DNA of 64,000 nt from an uncultured Actinomycetes bacterium (GCA_963702075.1 OY969703.1:2528203-2592202); one strand, 5' to 3'; shown: positions 46,083-55,267, numbered from the stretch's first letter. A program made the numbers and translations. The notes: a model not told the origin generated them from the sequence alone.

Positions 46083-46538
46083 TCAGAGGATCCGAGGGCA
46101 GGTTTTCAAGCCGTAAGCCTTTGCTTCGCGCTCGAACTGAGGGACGCTTGACTGGAGCGCCTTTTTAGGTTCTTCTTCCATCATCTGGCTCGCGTGAGAC
46201 AGCGTGCTGACCATGTGGGCTACTTCGGCTCGATCCTTTTCGGGGGCCATAAGGGTTTCCAGTTGTTCCGCCTGGCCCTTCAGCGCTGGCGCGATTACTT
46301 CACGAAAACCGTCTTCAAGCTTGCTTTCAGCTTCAGCGGGGCCGCCGGGTAATTCCTTCCTCCAGGCATCGGCCGCGGCTTCCCGCTCCTGGGTTGCCTT
46401 CGTACAGATCGCGTCGGCTTGCTTGATGAACTGTGCCTTGGTGAGAGGCGCCGACGTTGCTTCGTCTCCCGAGCTTCCGCAGCCAGCTGCCATGCAAACC
46501 GCTGCTACCACTCCTATAACCATGATCAGCCTGTACAT
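46083..46538 (-). CDS. lipoprotein of unknown function
   Basis: 151 aa, with GGGAGGAG upstream. MYRLIMVIGVVAAVCMAAGCGSSGDE is a lipobox-like signal. The mature part is helical and charged. Confidence 0.65.
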   Translation of the reverse strand: MYRLIMVIGVVAAVCMAAGCGSSGDEATSAPLTKAQFIKQADAICTKATQEREAAADAWRKELPGGPAEAESKLEDGFREVIAPALKGQAEQLETLMAPEKDRAEVAHMVSTLSHASQMMEEEPKKALQSSVPQFEREAKAYGLKTCPRIL

Positions 46539-46653
46539 CGTGCTTCGTCTCCTCCCGCTTTGTTTGATCCTGAAACGGGATGAACGTACTGATCAGACGA
46601 GAATGTTCAAAGCAAAACTAAGGCGGCGCGCGCGGGAAGCTGGCGAAGTGGGG

Positions 46654-47160
46654 TTAGACGTGCGCGGCGGTCAGAGCGGCTGAGATCTGCTTTGCCCAGT
46701 CGCGGATCTCGGCCCAGTCGCGGCGGTCGCGGAACTCGCGTGGGATCCCCTCGACCATCGCCCTCTCCATGAAGCCGTGCGGCTCCGCCGGCAGGCAGCC
46801 GCCGAAGACGACGTGCTCCCTGCCGCCCAGCTCCTCGACCTTGTCGGTGATCTCCGGCGGCTCGGTCCACTCGGGGTTGTCCTTGGAGGGGTCGCCTACG
46901 GGGCCGGAGCTGAAGACCCAGAGCGGCAGTTGCCGCAGGCCCTTGCGGTGCTTCTTGAGGAAGTGGCGGGCGTCGCCGCGCCAGCGCTTCATGTAGACGG
47001 CGCTCCCTAGGACGACTGCGTCGTAGGGGTCGAGGCTTTGGACGTCTTCGGCTCGCTCGAGGCAGACTCCCAGCCCCTCTCGCCGCAGGGTCGCGGCGAT
47101 CGTCTCGGCGATCTCCGCGGTGGAGCCGCGTTTGGAGCTGTAGGCGACGAGGATTGTCAT
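46654..47160 (-). CDS. flavodoxin-like protein (flavodoxin_5 / HemG-like family)
   Basis: MTILVAYSSKRGSTAEIAETIAATL...YDAVVLGSAVYMKRW is flavodoxin-like. The start is set to the ATG at 47160. Confidence 0.7.
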   Translation of the reverse strand: MTILVAYSSKRGSTAEIAETIAATLRREGLGVCLERAEDVQSLDPYDAVVLGSAVYMKRWRGDARHFLKKHRKGLRQLPLWVFSSGPVGDPSKDNPEWTEPPEITDKVEELGGREHVVFGGCLPAEPHGFMERAMVEGIPREFRDRRDWAEIRDWAKQISAALTAAHV

Positions 47161-47284
47161 CGCTCCCGATTGTGCCTTACTGGACAGGGTGTCGCATCGT
47201 GCATTCGCCACAGAAGGCACGGCGGTTGTCCCGGGTGACGTGAACCGCGCTACGTTGGGGCCTCACCAACGCAAGGAGGCGCGG

Positions 47285-47719
47285 ATGCTCTCGTGGCTGG
47301 CAGGCAAGCTAATCGCCCACAACATGCGGAGGCTGAGGGAAGGCGACCCGTCGCCGACCGTGCGTATGTATGCCGAGGACGTCCACTTCACCTTCCCCGG
47401 CGACAGCTCCTTCGCTCCCGGGGCGAGCAATAAACGCGAGCTGACGCAGTGGCTCGAGCGGTTCGTCTCGCTGGGGCTGAAGATTTACCCCGACGAAGTT
47501 GTCCTCAAGGGCTTCCCATGGCGCCAGACCGTCTGCGTGCGCGGCCACATCCACCTCGACGATCCCGAGGAGGGCCGGGTCTACGACAACCGCTATGTGA
47601 TCTGGGGTCACATGGCTTGGGGCAAGATGCGCGCCTACGAGGTCTACGAGGACACGCAGCAGTCCAAGGCCCTTGACGAGTACCTGGCGCGGACCGGCAA
47701 AGAGAAGGTCGCCCGATGA
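47285..47719 (+). CDS. SnoaL-like / NTF2-fold protein
   Basis: 144 aa from the ATG at 47285, preceded by AAGGAGG. YAEDVHFTFPGDS...WLERF...YDNRYVIWGHMAWGKMRAYEVYEDT is NTF2-like. Confidence 0.55.
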   Translation: MLSWLAGKLIAHNMRRLREGDPSPTVRMYAEDVHFTFPGDSSFAPGASNKRELTQWLERFVSLGLKIYPDEVVLKGFPWRQTVCVRGHIHLDDPEEGRVYDNRYVIWGHMAWGKMRAYEVYEDTQQSKALDEYLARTGKEKVAR

Positions 47720-48132
47720 AGCAGCGCGTCAACCTGATCACGCTCGGGACCGGCGACCTCGCCCGCGCCCGCGGCTTCTACGAAGCGCTTGGCTGGAACA
47801 CCAACGCCGAGCCCGGCGACGACGTCGCCTTCTTCCAGGCCGGGGACATGGTCGTCGCGCTCTGGGACCGAGCCCGCCTGGCTGAGGACAGCTGCGTCGA
47901 GGACGGCGGCGGCTGGGGCGTCACCCTGGCGCTCAACTTCGGCTCGCCCGAGGAGGTCGACGCCGTGATCGAGGAAGCCCGCGCCGCCGGCGCGAAGATC
48001 GGCCGCGAGCCGGCCGAGACCTTCTGGGGCGCCTACAGCGGCGTATTCGTCGACCCCGAGGGGCATCCGTGGGAGGTCGCACACAACCCGCGCTGGACCG
48101 TCACCGAGGACGGCGGCATCCGCCTCGGCTGA
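47716..48132 (+). CDS. VOC (glyoxalase/bleomycin-resistance) family protein
   Basis: 138 aa. VNLITLGTGDLARARGFYEALGW...DPEGHPWEVAHNP is VOC-like. The start overlaps the upstream stop (ATGA). Confidence 0.8.
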   Translation: MKQRVNLITLGTGDLARARGFYEALGWNTNAEPGDDVAFFQAGDMVVALWDRARLAEDSCVEDGGGWGVTLALNFGSPEEVDAVIEEARAAGAKIGREPAETFWGAYSGVFVDPEGHPWEVAHNPRWTVTEDGGIRLG

Positions 48133-48229
48133 GCGGGCAGCCAGTGGCTGACTGGCCGGTCAACCAGGATCGCCGGTTCCCGGTAGCCTCCCGGCCCGAC
48201 TTTCTACGAATCGAAGGAGAGGCGGAGTA

Positions 48230-49060
48230 ATGGGACTTCTGGATGGGAAAGCCGCAATCGTCACCGGTTCGGCGCGCGGCATCGGCCGCGCCACCGCGGA
48301 GCTGTTCGTCAGCGAGGGCGCGAAGGTGCTGATCAACGACCTCGACGCCGACGTCGCCGAGCAGACGGCAGGCGAGATCGACGGCGAGACCGCGGTCTTC
48401 GCCGGCGATCTGACCAAGACCGGCGCTGCAGACGACCTGGTCAAGGCAGCGGTCGACGCCTTCGGCTCGGTCGACATCTGCGTCAACAACGCCGGCTACA
48501 CCTGGGACGGCGTCGCCCACAAGATGAGCGACGAGCAGTTCCAGGCGATGCTCGACATCCACACGATCGTCCCCTTCCGCGTCGCCCGAGCGCTCGCCCC
48601 ACACTGGCGCGAGGCGGCGAAGGCCGAGCGCGGCGAAGGCAAAGAGGTCTTCCGCAAGATCGTCAACACCTCCTCGACCTCGGGGATGATGGGCAACGCC
48701 GGCCAGGTCAACTACTCGGCGGCGAAGATGGGCGTCGTCGGGCTGACGAAAACGCTGGCCAAGGAGTGGGGCCAGTTCAAGATCAACGTCAACGCGGTCG
48801 CCTTCGGCTTCGTCGAAACCCGCCTCACCGGCGCCAAAGAGGCCGGTGAAGAGATGACCGCCCCCGGCGGCGAGAAGATCGAGCTCGGGATCCCCGAGCA
48901 GATGCGGGCGATGGCCTCGGCGATCATCCCGCTCGGCCGCCCGGCGACCCCGGAGGAGGCTTCCGGCCCGGTCCTCTTCCTCTGCTCACCGCTCGCCGAC
49001 TACATGCACGGCCAGGTGCTGAACGTGACCGGCGGCATGTTCGGGGGGATGTACACCTGA
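48230..49060 (+). CDS. SDR family oxidoreductase (FabG-like)
   Basis: GKAAIVTGSARGIGRATAELF ... NYSAAKMGVVGLTK is the classical SDR signature. Confidence 0.9.
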   Translation: MGLLDGKAAIVTGSARGIGRATAELFVSEGAKVLINDLDADVAEQTAGEIDGETAVFAGDLTKTGAADDLVKAAVDAFGSVDICVNNAGYTWDGVAHKMSDEQFQAMLDIHTIVPFRVARALAPHWREAAKAERGEGKEVFRKIVNTSSTSGMMGNAGQVNYSAAKMGVVGLTKTLAKEWGQFKINVNAVAFGFVETRLTGAKEAGEEMTAPGGEKIELGIPEQMRAMASAIIPLGRPATPEEASGPVLFLCSPLADYMHGQVLNVTGGMFGGMYT

Positions 49061-49098
49061 GCGACACCGGGGCGCGGCGCCCGCCGCGCTACCTCGAC

Positions 49099-49536
49099 GT
49101 GGGGGATCACATCTGGCCCGCCACGCGCCGCTTCATGGGCGCCCACACGTTCCTCTACCGGAGGACGGGTGGGCGCCTCGGCCACACCCTCCCGGGCGTG
49201 CCGGGCAAGATGCTCCTGCTCGACCACGTCGGCGCCAAGAGCGGGACGAAGCGCACCTCGCCGTTGCTCTACGTGCGCGACGGCAAGGACCTGGTCGTCG
49301 TCGCCTCCAAAGGCGGCTACCCCAAGCACCCGGCCTGGTACCACAACCTGATGGCCAATCCCGACACCACCGTGCAGGTCAAGGACGAGACGCTTGCCGT
49401 CCATGCCCGGACCGCGAAGCCGGAGGAGCGCGCGCGGCTCTGGGCGCTGGCCGTCAAGGGATACCGCGGCTACGACGATTACGCCGCCCGCAGCAAGGGC
49501 CGCGAGATTCCGCTGGTCGTCCTCGAGCCGCGCTAG
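49099..49536 (+). CDS. deazaflavin (F420)-dependent nitroreductase family protein (DDN/DUF385), second copy
   Basis: LLLDHVGAKSGTKRTSPLLYVRDGKDLVVVASKGGYPKHPAWYHNLMANPD...REIPLVVLEPR is a DDN signature. The start is GTG; the ATG at 49135 is an alternative. Confidence 0.8.
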   Translation: MGDHIWPATRRFMGAHTFLYRRTGGRLGHTLPGVPGKMLLLDHVGAKSGTKRTSPLLYVRDGKDLVVVASKGGYPKHPAWYHNLMANPDTTVQVKDETLAVHARTAKPEERARLWALAVKGYRGYDDYAARSKGREIPLVVLEPR

Positions 49537-49542
49537 CGGCGC

Positions 49543-50397
49543 CTACTTCGCGCGGCGCTCCTCGGCGACGGGGGTGCCTGCCTCGTCTGCAATCGCTTCG
49601 GGCGGCCAGGGGCCGGCCCAGTTGTCACGGGCGCCGTCGATCGTGATCGTCGTCCCGGAGTAGAAATCGCCCGCCGGCGAGGCGAGGTAGGCGACGAGCC
49701 AGGCCATCTCCTCGGGCCGGCCGGCGCGGCCGATCGGGATCGAGCGCTCGAGGTTGTCGACGACTACCTGCGGATACTTGGTCAGCAGCGTCTCGGTCGC
49801 GAACTGACCGGCGGCGAGGGCGACGGTCTTGATCCCGAACCGCGCCCACTCGACCGCCAGCGTCCGCATCATGTTCTCGACCGCGGCGCGAGCGGCCCCG
49901 GAGTGGACCATCCCCGGCATCCCGTTGTGTGGCGAGAGGGTGACGCTCAAGACCTTGCCCTCACCCTGTGGGATGAAGGCCTTGGTGGCGGCGGCGTGGG
50001 TCATCAACCAGGTGCCGAGCACGTTGAGGTCGATCACGGTCTTGAAGCCTTTGGGGCTGATCGACTCGGCCGGACTCAAGAACTGGCCGCCGGCGTTGTT
50101 GACGAGGACGTCGAGGCGGTCATGGCGCTCCAGCAGGCCGTCGAAGAAGCGCCCGACCGGCTCCTCCTCGCGGATGTCGAGCGTCTCGAACTCGAAGCTG
50201 CCGGGCAGTTCGGCCGCCAGCGCCGCCGTCTCAGCCAGCGGCTCCTGGCGCCGCCCGCAGGCGACGACGGTGGCGCCCAGGCGCGCCAGCTCCAGCGCCG
50301 TCTCCCGGCCGAGACCGCTGCCGGCGCCGGAGACCGCACACACCTGCCCCTCGAGGAGGCCGTCCCTGAAGACCCGCGAACGGTCGCATTCAGCCAT
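49543..50397 (-). CDS. SDR family oxidoreductase (enoyl/dienoyl-CoA-reductase-like)
   Basis: GQVCAVSGAGSGLGRETALELA ... NNAGGQF ... SGAARAAVENM is SDR-like. Confidence 0.85.
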   Translation of the reverse strand: MAECDRSRVFRDGLLEGQVCAVSGAGSGLGRETALELARLGATVVACGRRQEPLAETAALAAELPGSFEFETLDIREEEPVGRFFDGLLERHDRLDVLVNNAGGQFLSPAESISPKGFKTVIDLNVLGTWLMTHAAATKAFIPQGEGKVLSVTLSPHNGMPGMVHSGAARAAVENMMRTLAVEWARFGIKTVALAAGQFATETLLTKYPQVVVDNLERSIPIGRAGRPEEMAWLVAYLASPAGDFYSGTTITIDGARDNWAGPWPPEAIADEAGTPVAEERRAK

Positions 50398-50445
50398 CGA
50401 CGGCCAAGCCTATAGCCGCGCCGAGCCGCAAGAATCCCCTTCACG

Positions 50446-51357
50446 ATGAGCATCAGCGTCGAGCCACACCCCCTGCACGAGCCGCTTGCCGGCGGCACCC
50501 GCGGCGCCACCGTGGCGGTCGAACCCCTGGTCGCCGGGCACGTCGAATGGTCGCGGGCGATGATGGTCAGCCCCGGCGGCGGGATGCTGACCGCGAAGCT
50601 CTTGCGCGCGCTGCTGACCAACCAGAACCCCATCGCGGTGCCGGTGCCGGCCTTCCTGATCCGACATCCGAGCGCCGGGGCGATCCTCGTCGACACCGGC
50701 CTCCACCCCTCGATCGCGACCGACCCGCGCGAGAACTTCGGCTCGCTCGCCGCCCGCTTCAGCAAGATCACCCTGGAGCCGGGCGAAGACGTCCCCTCGC
50801 AGCTGCGCGAGCGCGGGCTCGAGCCGGGCGAGATCCCGGTCGTGGTCATGACCCATCTCCACCTCGACCACACCTCGGCGATCTCCGAGTTCCCGAGCTC
50901 CACCTTCGTCGTCTCGGAGACCGAGTGGCAGGCGGCCGCCCACGGCCCGAACCCGCTGATGAACGGCTACCGCCGGGCCCACTTCGACTACGCCTTCGAG
51001 TACCGCACGGTCGACTTCGACCGCGCCAACATCTCCTCCTACGCCGGCTTCGGCCGCACCTTCGACCTCTTCGGCGACGGCTCGATCCGCCTCGCCTTCA
51101 CCCCCGGCCACAGCGCCGGCCACATGTCGATCATCTGCCATCTCGCCGAGCGCGATTTCGTGATCGGCGGCGACTGCGTCTACATGCTCGCCCAGCTCGA
51201 CGGCGACGAGGCCGGGCCACCGCGCCCCCAAGACGCCCATAACTACCGCCGCTCACTGCAGGAGCTGCGTCTCTTCCGCCGCCAGTTCCCCGATTCGATC
51301 GTCACGCCCGGCCACGATCCGGACTTCTACGCCCAGATCAAGCAGCGCTACGAGTAG
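50446..51357 (+). CDS. MBL-fold metallo-hydrolase (lactonase-like)
   Basis: VVMTHLHLDHTSAI ... TPGHSAGHMS is the HxHxDH metallo-beta-lactamase motif. Confidence 0.85.
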   Translation: MSISVEPHPLHEPLAGGTRGATVAVEPLVAGHVEWSRAMMVSPGGGMLTAKLLRALLTNQNPIAVPVPAFLIRHPSAGAILVDTGLHPSIATDPRENFGSLAARFSKITLEPGEDVPSQLRERGLEPGEIPVVVMTHLHLDHTSAISEFPSSTFVVSETEWQAAAHGPNPLMNGYRRAHFDYAFEYRTVDFDRANISSYAGFGRTFDLFGDGSIRLAFTPGHSAGHMSIICHLAERDFVIGGDCVYMLAQLDGDEAGPPRPQDAHNYRRSLQELRLFRRQFPDSIVTPGHDPDFYAQIKQRYE

Positions 51358-52045
51358 CGAGCGCGTCGTGCATCGCGCGGACGCGGCCGAAGACCTCGGT
51401 CGCGACTTCGAGCTGACGCTCGCGGCTCGGCTCGCTCTCGACCGGGAAGGTAAGCGGCTCGCCGAACTGGACCGTGACCTTGGGGAAGCGCAGGCGCTTC
51501 CAGCTGCGGACCCGCTCGGAGCCGTAGATGCAGACGGGGACGATCGGCGCCCCGGTTTCGAGCGCGATGCGGCCGATCCCGGGCTTCGGCTCCCCGAGCT
51601 CGCCCGAGCGGGAGCGGCCGCCCTCGGCGTAGACGAGCAGCATCTCCCCTTGCTCGACCAGGATCCGCGCGGTCGTGATCGCCACCTCGTCGTGGTGGCC
51701 GCGGCGGACCGGGAAGACGCCCCCGTGCTTGTAGACGTAGGTGAGGACAGGCGGACCGAAGAGCTGGGATTTGGCCATGAAGCGGATCTTCCGGCGCAGG
51801 TATAGGCCGGCGAAGAAGTGGTCCATCTGGCTGAGGTGGTTGGGGGCGAGGACCAGCGGGCCTTCCTTCGGCACGTTCTCGACCCCGATCGCCCGCACCC
51901 GGTAGATCAAGAGCGTCGGGAGCGTGAGGACGATGCGGGCAAAGGTGTAGGTCCAGCCGACGCCCTTGCGCGCCGCCTCGTGGAACTGCGTGAAGTACTC
52001 CGCCGGGCGCGGGTCCTTGTAGACCTGTGGCTTCATCTCGGCCAT
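51338..52045 (-). CDS. plsC: 1-acyl-sn-glycerol-3-phosphate acyltransferase
   Basis: 235 aa from the ATG at 52045. LVLAPNHLSQMDHF (the HX4D motif) and VYAEGGRSR are present. The N-terminal 364 codons of the 599-aa track ORF overlap glpK out of frame and were rejected. Confidence 0.85.
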   Translation of the reverse strand: MAEMKPQVYKDPRPAEYFTQFHEAARKGVGWTYTFARIVLTLPTLLIYRVRAIGVENVPKEGPLVLAPNHLSQMDHFFAGLYLRRKIRFMAKSQLFGPPVLTYVYKHGGVFPVRRGHHDEVAITTARILVEQGEMLLVYAEGGRSRSGELGEPKPGIGRIALETGAPIVPVCIYGSERVRSWKRLRFPKVTVQFGEPLTFPVESEPSRERQLEVATEVFGRVRAMHDALATRSAA

Positions 52046-52104
52046 ATCGGGGTGGCGGCGAGGGTGGTCGCCGTGCTTCTGCCTACCCAGGCCGATCCGG
52101 CGGG

Positions 52105-53544
52105 TTACGCCCAGTCGCGGGAGCGTTCCAGCGCCCGGCCCCAGTCCGCCAGCAACGCCGCTCGCTGCGCCTCCTCCATCCGCGGCTCGTAGCGGTCCGC
52201 CTCCCGCCACATCTGCCCCACCTGCTCCAGGGACCAGAGGCCGGTGGCGATCCCGGCCAGGTAGGCGGCGCCGAGGGCGGTCGTCTCGGCGATCTCCGGA
52301 ACCGAGACCGGCGCCCCCAGCACGTCGGCCTGGAACTGCATCAGCCAACGGTTGACGGTGGCGCCGCCGTCGGCCCGCAGCAGCTCGAGCCGCTCGCCGC
52401 AGGCGGCCTCCTGCGCCCGCACCGCGTCGACGGTCTCGTAGGCGATCGCCTCCAGCGCCGCCCGCGCCAGGTGAGCGCGGGCGCTGCCGCGGGTGAGGCC
52501 GACGATCGTGCCGCGTGCATACGGATCCCAGTAGGGGGAGCCGAGGCCGGTGAGCGCGGGGACGAAGTAGACGCCGTCGTTGGAGTCGAGCGAGGCGGCG
52601 AGCGCCTCGGTCTCCCCCGCCTCCCCGATGATCCCGAGGCCGTCCCGCAACCACTGCACCGCCGCGCCGGTGACGAAGATCGCCGCCTCGAGCGCGTAGG
52701 AGACCTCCTCCCCGGTGCTGGCGGCGACGGTCGCCAGCAGTCCCTCCGGCGCCTGGGGCGGCTCGGTGCCGCTGTTGAGGAGGACGAAGCTGCCGGTGCC
52801 GTAGGTGTTCTTCGCCATCCCCGGCTGGTGGCAGGCCTGGCCGAAAAGAGCGGCCTGCTGATCTCCCGCGACCCCCGCCACCGGGACCTCGCCGCCGAAC
52901 TCGCTCGTGGTTCCGAAGACGCAGGACGAGGGCAGCGGCTCGGGCAGCCGCGCCGGGTCGACTCCGAGCAGCCCGCAGAGCTCCGTGTCCCAGGCCAACT
53001 TGCGGATGTCGAACAGCATCGTCCGCGAGGCGTTCGTGTAGTCGGTGACGTGGCGGCCGGTCAGCTTGAACAGGAGCCAGGAGTCGATCGTCCCGAAGAG
53101 CGCCCGCTCGACCCCCTCGGCGTTGCGCAGCAGCCACTCGATCTTGGTGCCGGAGAAGTAAGGGTCGATGGTGAGACCGGTCCGCTTCCGCACCAGCGAT
53201 TCGTGCCCCGCCTGCTTCAGCTCCTCGCAGCGCGCCGCGGTGCGGCGGTCCTGCCAGACGAGCGCGCGGTGGATCGGCTCGCCCGTCTGCGGGTCCCAGG
53301 CGACGACCGTCTCCCGCTGGTTGGTGATCCCGATTGCCTCCAGCTCGGGGCCGCCGGCGTCGGCGATCGCCTCGACGGCGACCCGCCGCGTCACCTCCCA
53401 GATCTCATTCGCGTCGTGCTCGACCCACCCCGGCCGCGGGAAGAACTGCTCGAACTCGGAGTAGGCGCGACCGGCAATCGCGCCGTCCCGGTCGAAGACG
53501 AGACAGGTGGTTCCAGTCGTCCCCTGGTCGATCGCGAGGATCAC
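52105..53544 (-). CDS. glpK: glycerol kinase
   Basis: 479 aa from a GTG start. ILAIDQGTTGTTCLVFD...GWVEHDANEIW...ITNQRETVVAWD is the FGGY kinase / GlpK signature. Confidence 0.93.
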   Translation of the reverse strand: MILAIDQGTTGTTCLVFDRDGAIAGRAYSEFEQFFPRPGWVEHDANEIWEVTRRVAVEAIADAGGPELEAIGITNQRETVVAWDPQTGEPIHRALVWQDRRTAARCEELKQAGHESLVRKRTGLTIDPYFSGTKIEWLLRNAEGVERALFGTIDSWLLFKLTGRHVTDYTNASRTMLFDIRKLAWDTELCGLLGVDPARLPEPLPSSCVFGTTSEFGGEVPVAGVAGDQQAALFGQACHQPGMAKNTYGTGSFVLLNSGTEPPQAPEGLLATVAASTGEEVSYALEAAIFVTGAAVQWLRDGLGIIGEAGETEALAASLDSNDGVYFVPALTGLGSPYWDPYARGTIVGLTRGSARAHLARAALEAIAYETVDAVRAQEAACGERLELLRADGGATVNRWLMQFQADVLGAPVSVPEIAETTALGAAYLAGIATGLWSLEQVGQMWREADRYEPRMEEAQRAALLADWGRALERSRDWA

Positions 53545-53550
53545 GGGGCG

Positions 53551-54342
53551 CTACTTCTGGACCCTGCAGGTGCGGATCAAGGTCGAGGAAAGCTTGCGCC
53601 CGTCGGCGAAGGTCATCGAGACCTTGGAGAAGGGGAAGGTCGCGCTGGTGAACCCGGCCGGGGCTGAGCAAGCGGCGCTCAGGTAGCTGTGCTTCTGCCC
53701 CCGGTAGACGAAGGTTCGCCGCAGCTCGAGGCTGATCTTCTTCAGGTAGCCCGAGCGATTGAGGCGGGCGGGCAGGGCGGCGCTGAGGGTCGTCCCGAAG
53801 GCGCCCACGTGCGCTTGATGGATGTGGAAGACGATGATGCGGCTGTTCGGCACCGGGTCGCCGCCATAGACGTGGGCGAGAATCGCCCGCTGGCCGTCGA
53901 TCACGGCATTGAAGGCGAGGACGCGCCCCTGCAAGGGGAAGCGGTCCTGTTCGGGCAACGCGAGGGCACCGAGGTAGCGGCCTTCGCCGACCAGGGCCGG
54001 CCGGCACGCTTCCAGCGCCTGCTGCGAGGTGGCCGGTTCGATCTGCGAGCGGCGGCAGGTCGGCAGGCCGCGGGTGTCGATGACGCCGCCACGGTTGATC
54101 GCGATCGAGATGTGGCGTAGCGCCGGCGGCCGTTCGCCCGAGAGGACCCTGACCGTGCCGTCGACCCGAACCGCGATCGGCGCCCGCTCAACTCGCGGCA
54201 GCGCCGTCGGGGCGATGCCGCCGTCGAACTTGACGAAGAGGTTCCCCCGCTCGACCAGCTCGGCTCGTGCGATCGACGCGACGAGGAGGCCCGCGATCAT
54301 GAGGCTGGTGAGCACGACAACCTTCTTTCCCCTCCGCTGCAT
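53551..54342 (-). CDS. secreted protein consisting of one copy of the Cys-x16-Cys module found four times in the 1224-aa protein
   Basis: 263 aa. The signal/TM segment is VVVLTSLMIAGLLVASIARA. LPTCRRSQIEPATSQQALEACRPALVGEGRY...PLQGRVLAFN aligns by eye with IGTICTRVQFAAGNGNGSQCPKRSIYGRAR...PLVGRVYLRS of module 4. The stop is 6 nt before the glpK start. Confidence 0.7.
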   Translation of the reverse strand: MQRRGKKVVVLTSLMIAGLLVASIARAELVERGNLFVKFDGGIAPTALPRVERAPIAVRVDGTVRVLSGERPPALRHISIAINRGGVIDTRGLPTCRRSQIEPATSQQALEACRPALVGEGRYLGALALPEQDRFPLQGRVLAFNAVIDGQRAILAHVYGGDPVPNSRIIVFHIHQAHVGAFGTTLSAALPARLNRSGYLKKISLELRRTFVYRGQKHSYLSAACSAPAGFTSATFPFSKVSMTFADGRKLSSTLIRTCRVQK

Positions 54343-54533
54343 CGAGCCAGACTAACGCCGGTCGACCTTCTCAGTGCCGAATTACCCAGACAGGCACAGT
54401 CGACCTCTTTCGTGCGCAACGAACTCAGGTGTCTTTGACCCCCCGACCGAAAGGCGTTAGACCGGTGGAGGAATCCGGGGCCCGTCCCATATACGAGGGT
54501 TTCAAGCAGGGCTCCTCAACACGAAAGGCCATT

Positions 54534-55208
54534 ATGAAAAGGCTATTAGTACTCTCAATTACTGCGCTCGCCACCACCATCCTAATTCTCCCAGCGGTAG
54601 CGTTTGCAGGAGAGTGGGAAATGGATCCTGCAGGATGGGCCTTTGCGGTCAACGGCGTCGGCAATACCGTCTTGACAGCGGGCAATAATGGAACAGTTAC
54701 CTGCACCGCTGAGCAAGGCATAGGCGCGTACAACGCAGGATCAAAGACGACCGGCACTATCGAGCTGACGCTGAACGGATGCAAGGAGTCGGTCTTCGGC
54801 GCCAACTGCAATTCGGCGGGTCAGCCCGCTGGCTCGATCACAACTACAAAAATGACGTTTACAAACACCTACCTCACCGACAATAAGACGACACCCGGGA
54901 TCACAATTCGAGGCACGGGATCCGAAGAGCACTATGCGACTTTCAGTTGCGCCGGTGGGCTGGTGCAGGTTGTAGTCAGGGGAACAGTCTTAGGCGACTC
55001 CGAGCTCGAATGTAATACCGAAACCAAAGAACATAAGTTTGTGTTTGAATCGGTTGCCCACGGCGTTCAGAAGTACATGCAGGTAACAGGGACAGGGTCG
55101 ACCGAGGATCTGACCGTGACGATGAATGGTGGCGCCGCCGTGACAGCGTCTATCGATTCCACAACAATCTTGAAATCCAACGAAGCTGGCAAAATTACAT
55201 GCGTGTAA
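54534..55208 (+). CDS. secreted six-Cys protein, GEW family, divergent third member
   Basis: 224 aa from the ATG at 54534. The signal peptide is MKRLLVLSITALATTILILPAVAFA, followed by GEWEMDP. Shared blocks with 44097/45130 are LTLNGCKESVFGANCNSAGQPAGSITTT, ATFSCAGGLV, QKYMQVTGTGS, NGGAAVTASID and a terminal ITCV. Codon usage is visibly AT-richer. Confidence 0.75.
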   Translation: MKRLLVLSITALATTILILPAVAFAGEWEMDPAGWAFAVNGVGNTVLTAGNNGTVTCTAEQGIGAYNAGSKTTGTIELTLNGCKESVFGANCNSAGQPAGSITTTKMTFTNTYLTDNKTTPGITIRGTGSEEHYATFSCAGGLVQVVVRGTVLGDSELECNTETKEHKFVFESVAHGVQKYMQVTGTGSTEDLTVTMNGGAAVTASIDSTTILKSNEAGKITCV

Positions 55209-55235
55209 TGCCGTAAGGGTTCAGGATGTTTACGA

Positions 55236-55267
55236 GGAGGCGCGGATAATCTGCGCCTCCCTTTTCC
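55236..55267 (+). terminator. rho-independent terminator after the third GEW-family gene
   Basis: GGAGGCGC-GGATAATCT-GCGCCTCC is followed by CTTTTCC. Confidence 0.6.

Noticed and set aside
52046-53137. N-terminal extension of the plsC ORF (599-aa track ORF)
   Set aside because: It overlaps glpK on the same strand in another frame and is Arg/Gly/Pro-rich. The acyltransferase motifs start only after the ATG at 52045.
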